Shown here in pieces: positions 9,401 through 17,406 of a DNA stretch of 64,000 nt. The first letter of the stretch is position 1. Each line of letters starts with the position of its first letter. A model generated the notes under the pieces. That model worked only from the letters and a program-made list of their open reading frames with translations, did no database searches and was not told the DNA's origin. A program made the position numbers and the translations under genes. Origin of the DNA: an uncultured Candidatus Binatia bacterium (lineage in GTDB: Bacteria > Desulfobacterota > Binatia > UBA9968 > JAJDTQ01); assembly GCA_965215605.1 (NCBI GenBank), contig OZ244070.1, positions 2,720,001 to 2,784,000 of the forward strand. Direction: 5' to 3'.

Positions 9401-9955
9401 TAACGTCACCCCGAGCATCCGCGAACAGAGCATCGGGTCCATGGAATATCCCAAGGATCTGCGCACGATCGAAGCGCGGCCGTCGGCGCCGATAATTCGG
9501 TCGACATTTATGGCGCATTCCGAGGCGTTTTTCGAGAAGGTGATCCGTTCGTCTTCAACGACCTTGACCCGCGCGTGGGAAATGAAATCGACATTGGCCT
9601 CGTTCTCTATGACCTCGCGGAGGCTTGAAACGAGCAGCGCGTGGTCGCATACCAGACCCCGTGAACCGTCTGGATAAGGAAGCAGGATCGGGTCGGAGTC
9701 GTCGTCGGGCAGCACCACGAAACCGACGCCCGACTTGCTGCCGGAAAGCGTGTCGACATCAATCCCGATGTCACGCAACAACTTCACTGCCGGCGGATGC
9801 AACCATTCGCCTGCAAGGCGTTTAGACGCTTTCGGATTCGCTTCGAGCAGGGCCACCTTAACGCCCTTGCGCGCAAGGACAATTGCGCACACGCTTCCCA
9901 CCGGTCCCGCGCCGACAATGGCGGCATCATACTTCAGCACCGAGTCAGCCCTCAT
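6500..9955 (-). CDS. Squalene epoxidase - oxidosqualene cyclase fusion protein
   Basis: FAD monooxygenase motifs GAGPVG, RLAGEWLHP, GADG, LIGDAAGHYHPMTAVGM; then QW repeats, IPSWGKLWL, WYCHTR, HGWPVSDCTAE, GVFFRT..Y..YRQYFPL; start ATG 9955 or GTG 9940. Confidence 0.92.
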   Translation of the reverse strand: MRADSVLKYDAAIVGAGPVGSVCAIVLARKGVKVALLEANPKASKRLAGEWLHPPAVKLLRDIGIDVDTLSGSKSGVGFVVLPDDDSDPILLPYPDGSRGLVCDHALLVSSLREVIENEANVDFISHARVKVVEDERITFSKNASECAINVDRIIGADGRASIVRRSLGYSMDPMLCSRMLGVTLHDADLPFEGYGHVVLGGPGPIFIYGLANGSVRVNVDVPLDCWNSKDWISFLSESYGKLLPGYLGPAFVEALHVRRFHAAPNQLRPRVTYGSPRRVLIGDAAGHYHPMTAVGMTLGFGDALALSKSEDFQQFTAERFQATRVPEFLAMGLYEVLGDYRTESAMLRKAVYQGWRANSGYRDRTMRILACEDLSMSMTVFSFCETVARAMSREITFSIRRLSWRRMLVNFRALAARLWWLLLGIRQLREATREGREESANAREHLRRAFPYSIPSKTESERPARAGEVDSPDAGPALDSAAQCLVQLQREDGDWEGEMVWCPMLTAQYVLLHHIIGQPLDPGKRRRVLRSFERTRLQDGSWGLHEHSSPHLFVTALVYVAARLLGVLPDDPLIAPARRFIQAEGILGIPSWGKLWLALLNLYDWNGVNAVLPELWSLPRKIPLHPSNWYCHTRLLYMAMASIYARRFQVPVTPVIAALREELYPQGFARADFLAARNRLRDADLFARPSVWLRLGYGFARLVERFHSKHLRTRCMDTILGQIRWELQTTGHTSISPVSGILNILALWLHDPDDTDCRRALSKMGSWIWEDEDDGLRVTGARSASWDTGFVLQALATMPETDRVRDALQRGADFLLGEQIKTSFERFREAYRADPKGGWCFAGGWHGWPVSDCTAEAVLGLVAAHGDDTDPSVLSEAIGFMLRSQNPDGGFGSYEARRSAIDLERLNPAEMFGESMTERSFVECTASCIAALAVCRDRFPEIGDRSVVADSIARGVLWLRRHQMADGSWRGVWGVQYIYGTLFGIRGLVSDRAGPSDPALRASCRWLLERQQQDGGWGEHHSGCLSGRYVPHQESQVIQTAWALIALLEAGTTDWAAISRGAGFLLDTQEADGTWPKQDMAGVFFRTALLDYVLYRQYFPLHALALYEQRRRNQRMNMILPARSQRVMAGRVAAVDMTPDGRTGTAKKFS

Positions 9956-10298
9956 CAAAAGGCGCTGAGTGCAGCGCGGCGGCGGTTGTGGAGGGCAGGT
10001 CGCCGTCCTGGATCGAGAGCAGGAACGTTTCCGGACCCTCGATCTCGTCATCATACTCGGTGGGAATAGAGAAGCGGTACCGGGGCCACCCCGCCGGGAT
10101 AGTCACCGTGTAGGGGCCGCCCGTGTAGTCCCCTTGTTCCGACGCGGTCTGGTCCGTGTTCACCAAGGTAACAGTTGTATTCGTGATCCGAGGCCACGAG
10201 AACATCAGTTTCCAGCTCGAGCACCTCGCCTTTGGCCACCGAGTTGGTGTTGTCCAGATACGCAACACGCTTTTCGGGTCACTTCCCGTACCGGACAC
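9945..10298 (-). pseudogene. Calx-beta-like domain fragment of a surface protein
   Basis: TVTLVNTDQTASEQGDYTGGPYTVTIPAG...FSIPTEYDDEIEGPETFLLSI matches the Calx-beta pattern; no signal peptide or convincing start. Confidence 0.6.
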
Positions 10299-10687
10299 CG
10301 TATTGTATTGGTGTCAGCCCGGCCGGATCGGGCCGAATGCCGCTTAACCTATGAGTTTTGGGGTGTGCTCCTGCGTATTCACTCGAGAATGAGGTCTTGT
10401 ATTTCGAAAGCGATTCCCTTATCGGGTCAACCCGCAAACCATGTTCCATGGAATACCTTGGCTATGTGAACGAAATTTGTCAAGAAAATTGATTTGAAAT
10501 ATTTGGCATCATGAGCGCCCAGAAGCGATGGCTTTCGTCTATGACGCCGACGAGGACGCTGCTCCCCAGGTCCTCTGAGGTGGTCCCGGTTTGTAGGACA
10601 GGAAGGCCACCCACCGGGTGATAACCCGCTGGGCCGCGAAGCCGTCTGAGAGTTCGTGCAGTACTACGGCATTTTGTAGCGGCGGCC

Positions 10688-11002
10688 ATGGCCCGCAATC
10701 CCGGGAAAAGGCCGGATGCGCGTGCACTTCCTCCCGATCACAAACAGCCCCGCACGGCTCGTGGCGGCGAACCGGCGCTGCATGACCGCGGGACAATCGT
10801 GTGGACGTTCAGCATCGTGGATCAGGATGGACCTTGGGGTTGGCGTACCGCGGCCGCTCCGGCGTGGTGGGGAGAGATCCTGCCCAAGCTTCAGGACTTC
10901 GAATCGATGACGTGGGCTGAGATTATGCAGGTCGCCGGCGGACGAGCGAGAGGCAACAACAGTCACTTCGTGCAGGCAGAAAGATTGACCAGGCAAGCTT
11001 GA
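10688..11002 (+). pseudogene. Truncated conserved hypothetical protein (resembles RelE-like toxin partners of DUF4065/Panacea antitoxins)
   Basis: WTFSIVDQDGPWGW...LPKLQDFESMTWAEI...SHFV...L; stop codon supplied by a half-REP at 10999-11018. Confidence 0.45.
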
Positions 11003-11018
11003 AACCCGCCCTTCCTAC
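10999..11018 (-). repeat. Half GTAG-type REP
   Basis: Reverse complement GTAGGAAGGGCGGGTTTCAA, similar to the full copy at 54825-54849. Confidence 0.55.
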
Positions 11019-11037
11019 GGCGTCGTCCTGAGGATTG

Positions 11038-11124
11038 TGGTGCGAGGAGGGGGACTTGAACCCCCACGCCATTGCTGGCACTAGCCCCTCAAGCTAGCGC
11101 GTCTGCCTATTCCGCCATCCTCGC
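11038..11124 (-). tRNA. tRNA-Leu (anticodon GAG)
   Basis: GCGAGGATGGCGGAATAGGCAGACGCGCTAGC-TTGAGGG-GCTAG, long variable arm, GGTTCAAGTCC, encoded CCA; downstream of secG. Confidence 0.97.
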
Positions 11125-11145
11125 ACACATCTCGGTGGGCATCGT

Positions 11146-11493
11146 TCATGGAGAAGCCGGTTGTGCCGGCGGTTGCTCGGGACTCTCCGCCGCGGGTGGG
11201 TCGGCCGGGGCCGGCGCCGTCTGGGTTTGAGGGGCCACGGTTTCAAAGATGCTCGATACCGGATCCTGCTCGGCGAAGTACCCCAGGGTCAGACTGGTCA
11301 GCATGAACACCACGGCCATGCCGGTGGTCACCCGGGTCAGGAGATTGCCCGCGCCGCTGCCGCCGAAGACGGTGGTGCTGGCGCCTCCGCCGAAAGCGGC
11401 GCCCATGTCGGTTCCCTTGCCGGTTTGCAGCAGGACCACGACGATGAGTCCGAGGCAAACCAGAACGTGAACGGTCGTCACCAGGATGATCAT
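11146..11493 (-). CDS. secG: Preprotein translocase subunit SecG
   Basis: VLLQTGKGTDMGAAFGGGASTTVFGGSGAGNLLTR; ATGA overlap with the tpiA stop. Confidence 0.95.
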   Translation of the reverse strand: MIILVTTVHVLVCLGLIVVVLLQTGKGTDMGAAFGGGASTTVFGGSGAGNLLTRVTTGMAVVFMLTSLTLGYFAEQDPVSSIFETVAPQTQTAPAPADPPAAESPEQPPAQPASP

Positions 11494-12278
11494 GCGTCCT
11501 CTATCCGTGGGGTGTCGTTCGCCGCGAATGCGTTCACGATGGCGGCAAAGCTCCGTGGGTCGAGACTGGCGCCCCCCACGAGGACCCCGTCGACTTCCGC
11601 CACCGCGGCCAGCTCGGGCGAGTTGTGGGGGTTTACGCTGCCCCCGTACAGAATCGGTATCTCCCGCGCGATCTCTCCCCCGAGCCTGCGTGCCAGTCCT
11701 TGCCGTATCCAGCCGTGGGCTTCGGCGACCTGCGCCGGGGCGGCGTTCTTTCCGGTGCCGATGGCCCACACCGGTTCATACGCTACCGTGAGAAATTCAT
11801 TAACACTTTTCGAAACACCCTTCAACGCGCCCGACAGTTGCGTGGACAGGACCCGGCGCATGCGCCCGGCGCGGCGTTCCTGGAGGGTCTCCCCGATGCA
11901 CAGGATGGGTTTCAGGGACGCTTCCAGGGCGGCGGCGAGCTTCCGTCCGATGTCCCGGTCGGTCTCGCCGAAGAGGCGCCGTCGCTCGGAATGGCCCACG
12001 ATCACGTGGCTGCAGCCCGCGTCCCTCAGCATGCCCGCCCCGACTTCGCCGGTGAACGCCCCCTGGGGCTGCCAGTAAAGGTTCTGCGCGGACAGGAGCA
12101 GGGGGCTTCCCTTGAGCGCCCGGCGCACGGTTTCGAGGGAGGTGAAGGGCGGCGCCAGCACCACCTCGACGGCGGGGGAGCGGTTGCCCACCAGGCGCCG
12201 CACGCCGCGCGCCAGCGCCAGCGCCTCGGCCTGGGTACCGTGCATCTTCCAGTTGGCTATGACCGTGGGCCTTGCCAT
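11490..12278 (-). CDS. tpiA: Triosephosphate isomerase
   Basis: ANWKMH, GHSERR, AYEPVWAIGTG, LVGGASL. Confidence 0.98.
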   Translation of the reverse strand: MARPTVIANWKMHGTQAEALALARGVRRLVGNRSPAVEVVLAPPFTSLETVRRALKGSPLLLSAQNLYWQPQGAFTGEVGAGMLRDAGCSHVIVGHSERRRLFGETDRDIGRKLAAALEASLKPILCIGETLQERRAGRMRRVLSTQLSGALKGVSKSVNEFLTVAYEPVWAIGTGKNAAPAQVAEAHGWIRQGLARRLGGEIAREIPILYGGSVNPHNSPELAAVAEVDGVLVGGASLDPRSFAAIVNAFAANDTPRIEDA

Positions 12279-12293
12279 GGGTCGAAACGTCCT

Positions 12294-13481
12294 TCAGACG
12301 GCGCGGCCGTCTTCCAGCGCCCTTACGCCGGGAAGGGTCTTGCCCTCGAGAAATTCCAGCGCGGCGCCCCCTCCGGTGGACAGGTGGGTCATGTCGTCCG
12401 CAACTCCCGCAAGCCGCACGGCCGCCACCGTGTCGCCGCCCGCGATGACGGCGGCCGCCTCCGAGGCCGCCAGGGCCACGGCCACGGCCACGGTCCCGTG
12501 GCTGAACGGTTCCCGCTCGAACAGCCCCAGCGGGCCGTTCCACAGGACGATGGCCGTGTTTCCGAGTCTGTCGGCGAAGAGGGCCGCCGTCTCGGGACCG
12601 ATGTCCAGCCCGATGGCGTTTTCGGGGATATCCATGCCGGCCGTGACGGAGGGGTCGCCGGCGTCGATGTCGCCGGCGGTGACGTGGTCCACGGGCAGCA
12701 CGAACGGGACCCCGGCCGTCTCCGCCTCCGCCATGATCTCCCGGGCGACGGCGATGCAGTCCTTCTCCAGCAAGGACCGGCCCACGGCCACGCCTCGGGC
12801 GCTCAGGAACGTGTACGCCATGGCGCCGCCGACCATGATGAGGTCCACCCGGGGAATCAGGTTCCTGAGGATGCCGATCTTGTCCGAAACCTTGGCGCCG
12901 CCGAGGATGGCGGCCACCGGGCGTTCCGGCGCGCTCAGGATGCGCGACAGGTAGTCCACCTCCTGGTGGAACAGGAAACCCGCGCCTTTCTCCCGGAAGT
13001 GCCGGGCCATGCCGGCGGTGGAGGCGTGCGCCCGATGCGCGGCGCCGAAGGCGTCGTTGACGTAGACATCGGCCAGGCCCGCCAGCTCTGCCGCGAATTC
13101 CGGGTCGTTGGCTTCCTCGCCGGAGTGAAACCGCAGGTTCTCCAGCAGCAGGATACCGGCTCTCTGGGGGTCCGCGAGCAGTTGCCGGACTCCGGGGCCC
13201 ACGCAGTCCGGGGCGAGCCGCACGGGGCAGGACAGCGTCCGCTCCAGATAGCGTTGCACCGGCGCCAGGCTCCAACGGGGATCGCGCGTCCCGCCGGGAC
13301 GGCCCAGGTGGGAGGCGATGACGAGGCGGCGGGCCTTTTCCAGCAGGAATTCGATGGTGGGGAGCGCGCTGTCGATGCGGTGGGCCTCGGTGATGCCGCC
13401 GTCGGTCAGCGGCACGTTGAAGTCCACCCGAAGAAATACGGTTTTCCCCTCCAGATCCAGTTCCGAAACGCTGCGGAGCAT
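12294..13481 (-). CDS. pgk: Phosphoglycerate kinase
   Basis: RVDFNVP, SHLGRP, LLENLRF, DAFGAAHRAHAS, STGGGAALEFLEG. Confidence 0.97.
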   Translation of the reverse strand: MLRSVSELDLEGKTVFLRVDFNVPLTDGGITEAHRIDSALPTIEFLLEKARRLVIASHLGRPGGTRDPRWSLAPVQRYLERTLSCPVRLAPDCVGPGVRQLLADPQRAGILLLENLRFHSGEEANDPEFAAELAGLADVYVNDAFGAAHRAHASTAGMARHFREKGAGFLFHQEVDYLSRILSAPERPVAAILGGAKVSDKIGILRNLIPRVDLIMVGGAMAYTFLSARGVAVGRSLLEKDCIAVAREIMAEAETAGVPFVLPVDHVTAGDIDAGDPSVTAGMDIPENAIGLDIGPETAALFADRLGNTAIVLWNGPLGLFEREPFSHGTVAVAVALAASEAAAVIAGGDTVAAVRLAGVADDMTHLSTGGGAALEFLEGKTLPGVRALEDGRAV

Positions 13482-13617
13482 GAGTTCGCGGGTCCTTGTC
13501 GATCCGCACGACCGGCGACCGGGGCCGCTGCGGGTCACGGGGTCTGGGCGGGACCAATTGACTAGGAATTGACTAGGTACAGCGATTATAATAACTTTTC
13601 AAGATGGCAGGGTCTTG

Positions 13618-14358
13618 ATGCTGTACTTCTCGGTTTACCAACTAGCAATCCAACCTGACGTTTTGGGAGTGCAGCAAGAGGGCATCCTCGACTTGGTCAT
13701 GGGATCGGGTCCGGTGGTCCAGTTGGTGCTCTATCTGCTGATCCTCTTCTCGGTGGCCAGTTGGGGCATCATACTCTACAAGTTCAGGCACGTACGAGAG
13801 GCCAAGGTCCAGTCCGCCCGTTTCATCGAGATCTTCTGGGAAAGCCGCAACCTGGCCGAGATACGCAAGGCCAGTCAGGAGTTGCCGGCGAGCCCGGTGG
13901 CGCAGGTCTTCACCGCCGGATACGAGGAGTTGCTTCGGGTATCCCGTAGCAATGCGGCGGAAGCGGAGGGCCTGACCACCGACCTGAGCGGGGTGGACAA
14001 CGTGACGCGGGCCATGAAACGCGCCGCCAACGTCGAGTTGACGAAGTTGGAACAGACGTTGACATTCCTGGCCACGACCTCCGGCTCGACGCCGTTCATC
14101 GGACTCTTCGGTACGGTCTGGGGCATCATGAACGCGTTCCGCGGTCTCAGCGTCACCCGGTCATCCACGATCCAGGCGGTGGCGCCGGGAATCGCCGAGG
14201 CGTTGATCGCCACGGCCGCGGGCCTGGTGGCGGCGATTCCGGCGTTGATAGCGTACAACCACTTCCTTCAGGAGATCCGGGTGTTGACCACGGAAATGGA
14301 GAACTTCACGCAGGAGTTCCTCAACATCGCCGAGCGTCACTTCACCAAGAAGTCGTAG
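13618..14358 (+). CDS. tolQ: Tol-Pal protein TolQ
   Basis: PFIGLFGTVWGIMNAF, APGIAEALIATAAGL. Confidence 0.93.
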   Translation: MLYFSVYQLAIQPDVLGVQQEGILDLVMGSGPVVQLVLYLLILFSVASWGIILYKFRHVREAKVQSARFIEIFWESRNLAEIRKASQELPASPVAQVFTAGYEELLRVSRSNAAEAEGLTTDLSGVDNVTRAMKRAANVELTKLEQTLTFLATTSGSTPFIGLFGTVWGIMNAFRGLSVTRSSTIQAVAPGIAEALIATAAGLVAAIPALIAYNHFLQEIRVLTTEMENFTQEFLNIAERHFTKKS

Positions 14359-14384
14359 GGGCCTGTTCGGAGAAAGGCTGAAAC

Positions 14385-14804
14385 ATGGCGGCTGACGTGA
14401 GCCAGGGACGGGACAAGTTGCCGTTGTCGAACATCAACGTCACGCCCTTCGTGGACGTCATGTTGGTGTTGCTGGTCATCTTCATGGTGACGGCGCCGAT
14501 CATCCAGCAGGGCGTGGAGGTCAATCTGCCGCAAGCCAAGGCGAGTCCGGTGGCGGGCGAGGCGGACCCCTTGATCGTCACCGTCCGGAAGGACGGCCGG
14601 GTCTACTTGAACGACAACGAGATGACCCCGGCCGAGTTGGGAGCGAAGCTCCGGGCCAACCGCAGGCTGGACGCCCGGAAGCCCGTGTATCTGAGGGCGG
14701 ACCGTGACGTCCGCTACGGGTCGGTGATCGCCGCCATCGGCGAGATCAAGGACGCCGGCATCGAGAAGCTCGGCATGATGGCCATGCCCTTGAGCGATCA
14801 GTGA
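14385..14804 (+). CDS. tolR: Tol-Pal protein TolR
   Basis: INVTPFVDVMLVLLVIFMVTAP. Confidence 0.93.
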   Translation: MAADVSQGRDKLPLSNINVTPFVDVMLVLLVIFMVTAPIIQQGVEVNLPQAKASPVAGEADPLIVTVRKDGRVYLNDNEMTPAELGAKLRANRRLDARKPVYLRADRDVRYGSVIAAIGEIKDAGIEKLGMMAMPLSDQ

Positions 14805-15832
14805 GGCGGACACCCGCGGAAGTCATGACGGCGATGTTGCGAGGCCTTTTTGATGGAGCCGGTGGAGGATCGGGTCTCAGCCGTCTGAGGTGGTGGATCT
14901 GTTTTTCGGGCGCGCTTCATCTGGTGCTGATCGGAACGCTGCTGGTGGTGCCCACGAGCACGGCGCGCCGAGACCTCCCCATACCCGTCTACACCGTGGA
15001 TCTCGTGGCCGGCGGCGTCCCCGCGCCGCTGCCCCGGCCCGCGCCGCCCGAGCCGAAGCCGGCGCCGGTGGAGACCCTGCCGGCTCCGGAGGAAGACCAG
15101 CCGGAAGAGGCGTTCGCCGAGCCGGTGGTCCCGGAGCCGGTCAAGACCGTCAAGGCTCCGGAGAAGAAGCCGCCGCCGAAGGAGAAGATACAGGTCAAGA
15201 AACCGCCGGAGCCCAAGCTCAAGGAGGCGCCGCCGAAGAAGCCGAAGAAGAAGGTCGTCAAGCGCAAGAAGCCCGTGAAGCCCAGGAAGAAGGCTGTGGC
15301 AAAGGTGAAGCCGCGGAAGAAGAGCGCTCCGAAGGGTCCCAGGAAGGTGGTCAAGAAGCCCCCGACGAAGCTGAAACGAAGCGGCCGGGATGCGCAGGTA
15401 GTCAAGAGACTCAGGGAGACGCGCATCGAGGATGCCGTGGCCACTGCCAGAGAGCGGGCCAAGCTGAGGCGCAAGATCGGTCTGGGACAGGGCCTCGGCG
15501 CCGGTACGGGTGCCGGCGGCACCGGCACCGGCGCCGGCGGGCTCTTGAAGGGGAGGGAGTTCGTGGCCTACCTGAACCGGATGCGCGATGTCTTCAAGGA
15601 ACGCTGGACCTGGATCGGCAAGCGCAGGGACCTGGAAGCCACCGTGACCTTCGGTGTGCGCGTTGACGGGGAGATCTTCGGGCTCAAGTTGGTGGAATCC
15701 TCGGGGGACGCCACGTATGACGAGTCGGTGGTGCGAGCGGTGCGGCGTTCGGATCTGCCGCCGCCGCCACGGCCGTACGCGCGCGAGTTCGCCGAGGTCG
15801 AGTTCACTTTCCGGCCGGACCCCGAAGGCTAG
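14801..15832 (+). CDS. tolA: TolA/TonB-like energy transducer
   Basis: N-terminal TM with SxxxH, Pro/Lys-rich linker, C-terminal SSGDATYDESVVRAV; position in the tol operon. Confidence 0.8.
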   Translation: MRRTPAEVMTAMLRGLFDGAGGGSGLSRLRWWICFSGALHLVLIGTLLVVPTSTARRDLPIPVYTVDLVAGGVPAPLPRPAPPEPKPAPVETLPAPEEDQPEEAFAEPVVPEPVKTVKAPEKKPPPKEKIQVKKPPEPKLKEAPPKKPKKKVVKRKKPVKPRKKAVAKVKPRKKSAPKGPRKVVKKPPTKLKRSGRDAQVVKRLRETRIEDAVATARERAKLRRKIGLGQGLGAGTGAGGTGTGAGGLLKGREFVAYLNRMRDVFKERWTWIGKRRDLEATVTFGVRVDGEIFGLKLVESSGDATYDESVVRAVRRSDLPPPPRPYAREFAEVEFTFRPDPEG

Positions 15833-15927
15833 TGTTACGTTCAGTAAATACGTTGACGAAGATGCGCAGGATTCGTTGTTGTCGGCAAGGCGCGATGACG
15901 AGCAGTGGCGGGAACCACGCGAACTAG
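15829..15927 (+). repeat. MITE-like dispersed repeat, copy B (bounded by CTAG at both ends)
   Basis: Near-identical to 24686-24779; starts at the tolA TAG. Confidence 0.8.
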
Positions 15928-16041
15928 AGAGGCGTATCGTTGGAGAAGGACCGTTTGATCATGCGGGGAAACAGCAGACCGCCACGGGCAAGAACGAGAG
16001 TGAGCCGATTCGCGCGAGGATTCGGCCGCCAGCCGAGCCGT

Positions 16042-17349
16042 ATGCGATGGTGGATCATCGCCGGGTTGACGTTTTGCTGGCTGTTTCCGGCGTTGGCCCA
16101 GGCGCAGGTCAAGGGCCTCATCGTCGGCCCCGGCGCCCAACGTTACCGGCTGGCGGTTTCGCCGCTCAGGAACCTGGGGGCCGCCGGCGACGCCGGGCGC
16201 CTTTCCAAGCGCATCGCGGACGTCATCGCGGACGATCTCGATCGTTCCGGCTGGTTCAAGATCATCGACCGCTCCGCCTACCTCGAGCACCCGCAACGTA
16301 CCGGTATCCGGCTGGGCCGCTTCGACTTCAGGGACTGGGCGACCATCGGCGCGGAGGGCCTGGTAAAGGGAGGCTTCAGCGTCCAGGGCGACCGGGTCAA
16401 GTTCGAGTTCTGGCTCTACGATGTATTCCGCCGGGAATCGGTCATCGGCAAGGCGTACTCGGGTGACATCGATGACGCGCGGCGCATGGCGCACAAGTTC
16501 GTCGACGAGATCATCCTCGAGCTGACCGGCATCCGCGGCGTGTTCGATACCAGGATCGCGTACGTGTCGACCGGAGGGGACCGGTTCAAGGAAATCTACG
16601 TTTCGCATCTCGACGGGACCGAGAGAAAGAAGGTCACCGACAACCGGACCATCAATCTGTTTCCGTCGTGGGCGCCCGACGGCAAGGGCCTCGTCTACAC
16701 GTCGTACAAGAAGGGCAAACCCCACTTCCTGAGCTTCGATCTGGTGGCCAACCGGGAGAAGCCGATCTCGGCGCGCGACGGCCTGCACCTGGGCGGGCGC
16801 TGGTCGCCGGACGGGCGTCACCTTGTCCTCGCCCTGGAACAAGGGCGAAACGTGGACCTTTACCTGTTGAACCCCGCGGGTCGTATCGTCCGGCGCCTTA
16901 CCCGGAACGCCGGCATCGATGTCTCGCCGACCTGGTCGCCGTCGGGTGACCGGATTGCCTTCGCGTCCGACCAGTACGGCACCCCGCAACTCTACATCCT
17001 GACGCTTGCCTCGAAAGCCATCAAGAGGCTGACCTTCAAGGGCTCCTACAATCAGTCGCCGGATTGGTCGCCGTCGGGTGACCGGATCGCGTTTACGGGA
17101 AGGTCCAACGGCGTCCTGAACATCTTTACCATCCGGCCCGATGGACGCGAGCACCGGATGATCACCTCCAATCGCCACAACGACGAAGATCCGTCGTGGG
17201 CTCCGGACGGAAGGTTCCTTGCCTTTGCGTCCGACAGATCCGGTTCCCGCCGGATCTACACCATGCGCGTGGACGGCGAGAGCCAGCGCAGATTGACAGG
17301 GTCTACGGGAGATGATACAGATCCGTCATGGTCACCGAGGCTTCCATAG
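16042..17349 (+). CDS. tolB: Tol-Pal beta-propeller protein TolB
   Basis: Signal peptide, AHKFVDEI...GVFDTRIAYV, repeated PxWSPxG; start uncertain. Confidence 0.93.
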   Translation: MRWWIIAGLTFCWLFPALAQAQVKGLIVGPGAQRYRLAVSPLRNLGAAGDAGRLSKRIADVIADDLDRSGWFKIIDRSAYLEHPQRTGIRLGRFDFRDWATIGAEGLVKGGFSVQGDRVKFEFWLYDVFRRESVIGKAYSGDIDDARRMAHKFVDEIILELTGIRGVFDTRIAYVSTGGDRFKEIYVSHLDGTERKKVTDNRTINLFPSWAPDGKGLVYTSYKKGKPHFLSFDLVANREKPISARDGLHLGGRWSPDGRHLVLALEQGRNVDLYLLNPAGRIVRRLTRNAGIDVSPTWSPSGDRIAFASDQYGTPQLYILTLASKAIKRLTFKGSYNQSPDWSPSGDRIAFTGRSNGVLNIFTIRPDGREHRMITSNRHNDEDPSWAPDGRFLAFASDRSGSRRIYTMRVDGESQRRLTGSTGDDTDPSWSPRLP

Positions 17350-17406
17350 CCCGGTACAGAGTCACGCCCTGATTATCCAGCCCAGGGAAAGGCAGAGAGT
17401 AAACGG

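Noticed and set aside
9956-10054. N-terminal extension of SE-OSC
   Set aside because: It lies in another frame of the Calx-beta fragment; the FAD-binding motif begins just after 9955/9940
11625-13565. Long alternative ORFs (646 aa, 585 aa; similarly 29635-31473, 47128-49401, 58310-60082)
   Set aside because: Antisense or frame-shifted shadows of well-identified genes, expected in high-GC DNA
15150-15380. AAG-rich low-complexity tract
   Set aside because: Normal Lys/Pro-rich TolA linker
16930-17090. Direct repeat TGGTCGCCGTCGGGTGACCGGAT
   Set aside because: Encodes the repeated WSPSGDRI blades of TolB; not a mobile or CRISPR repeat
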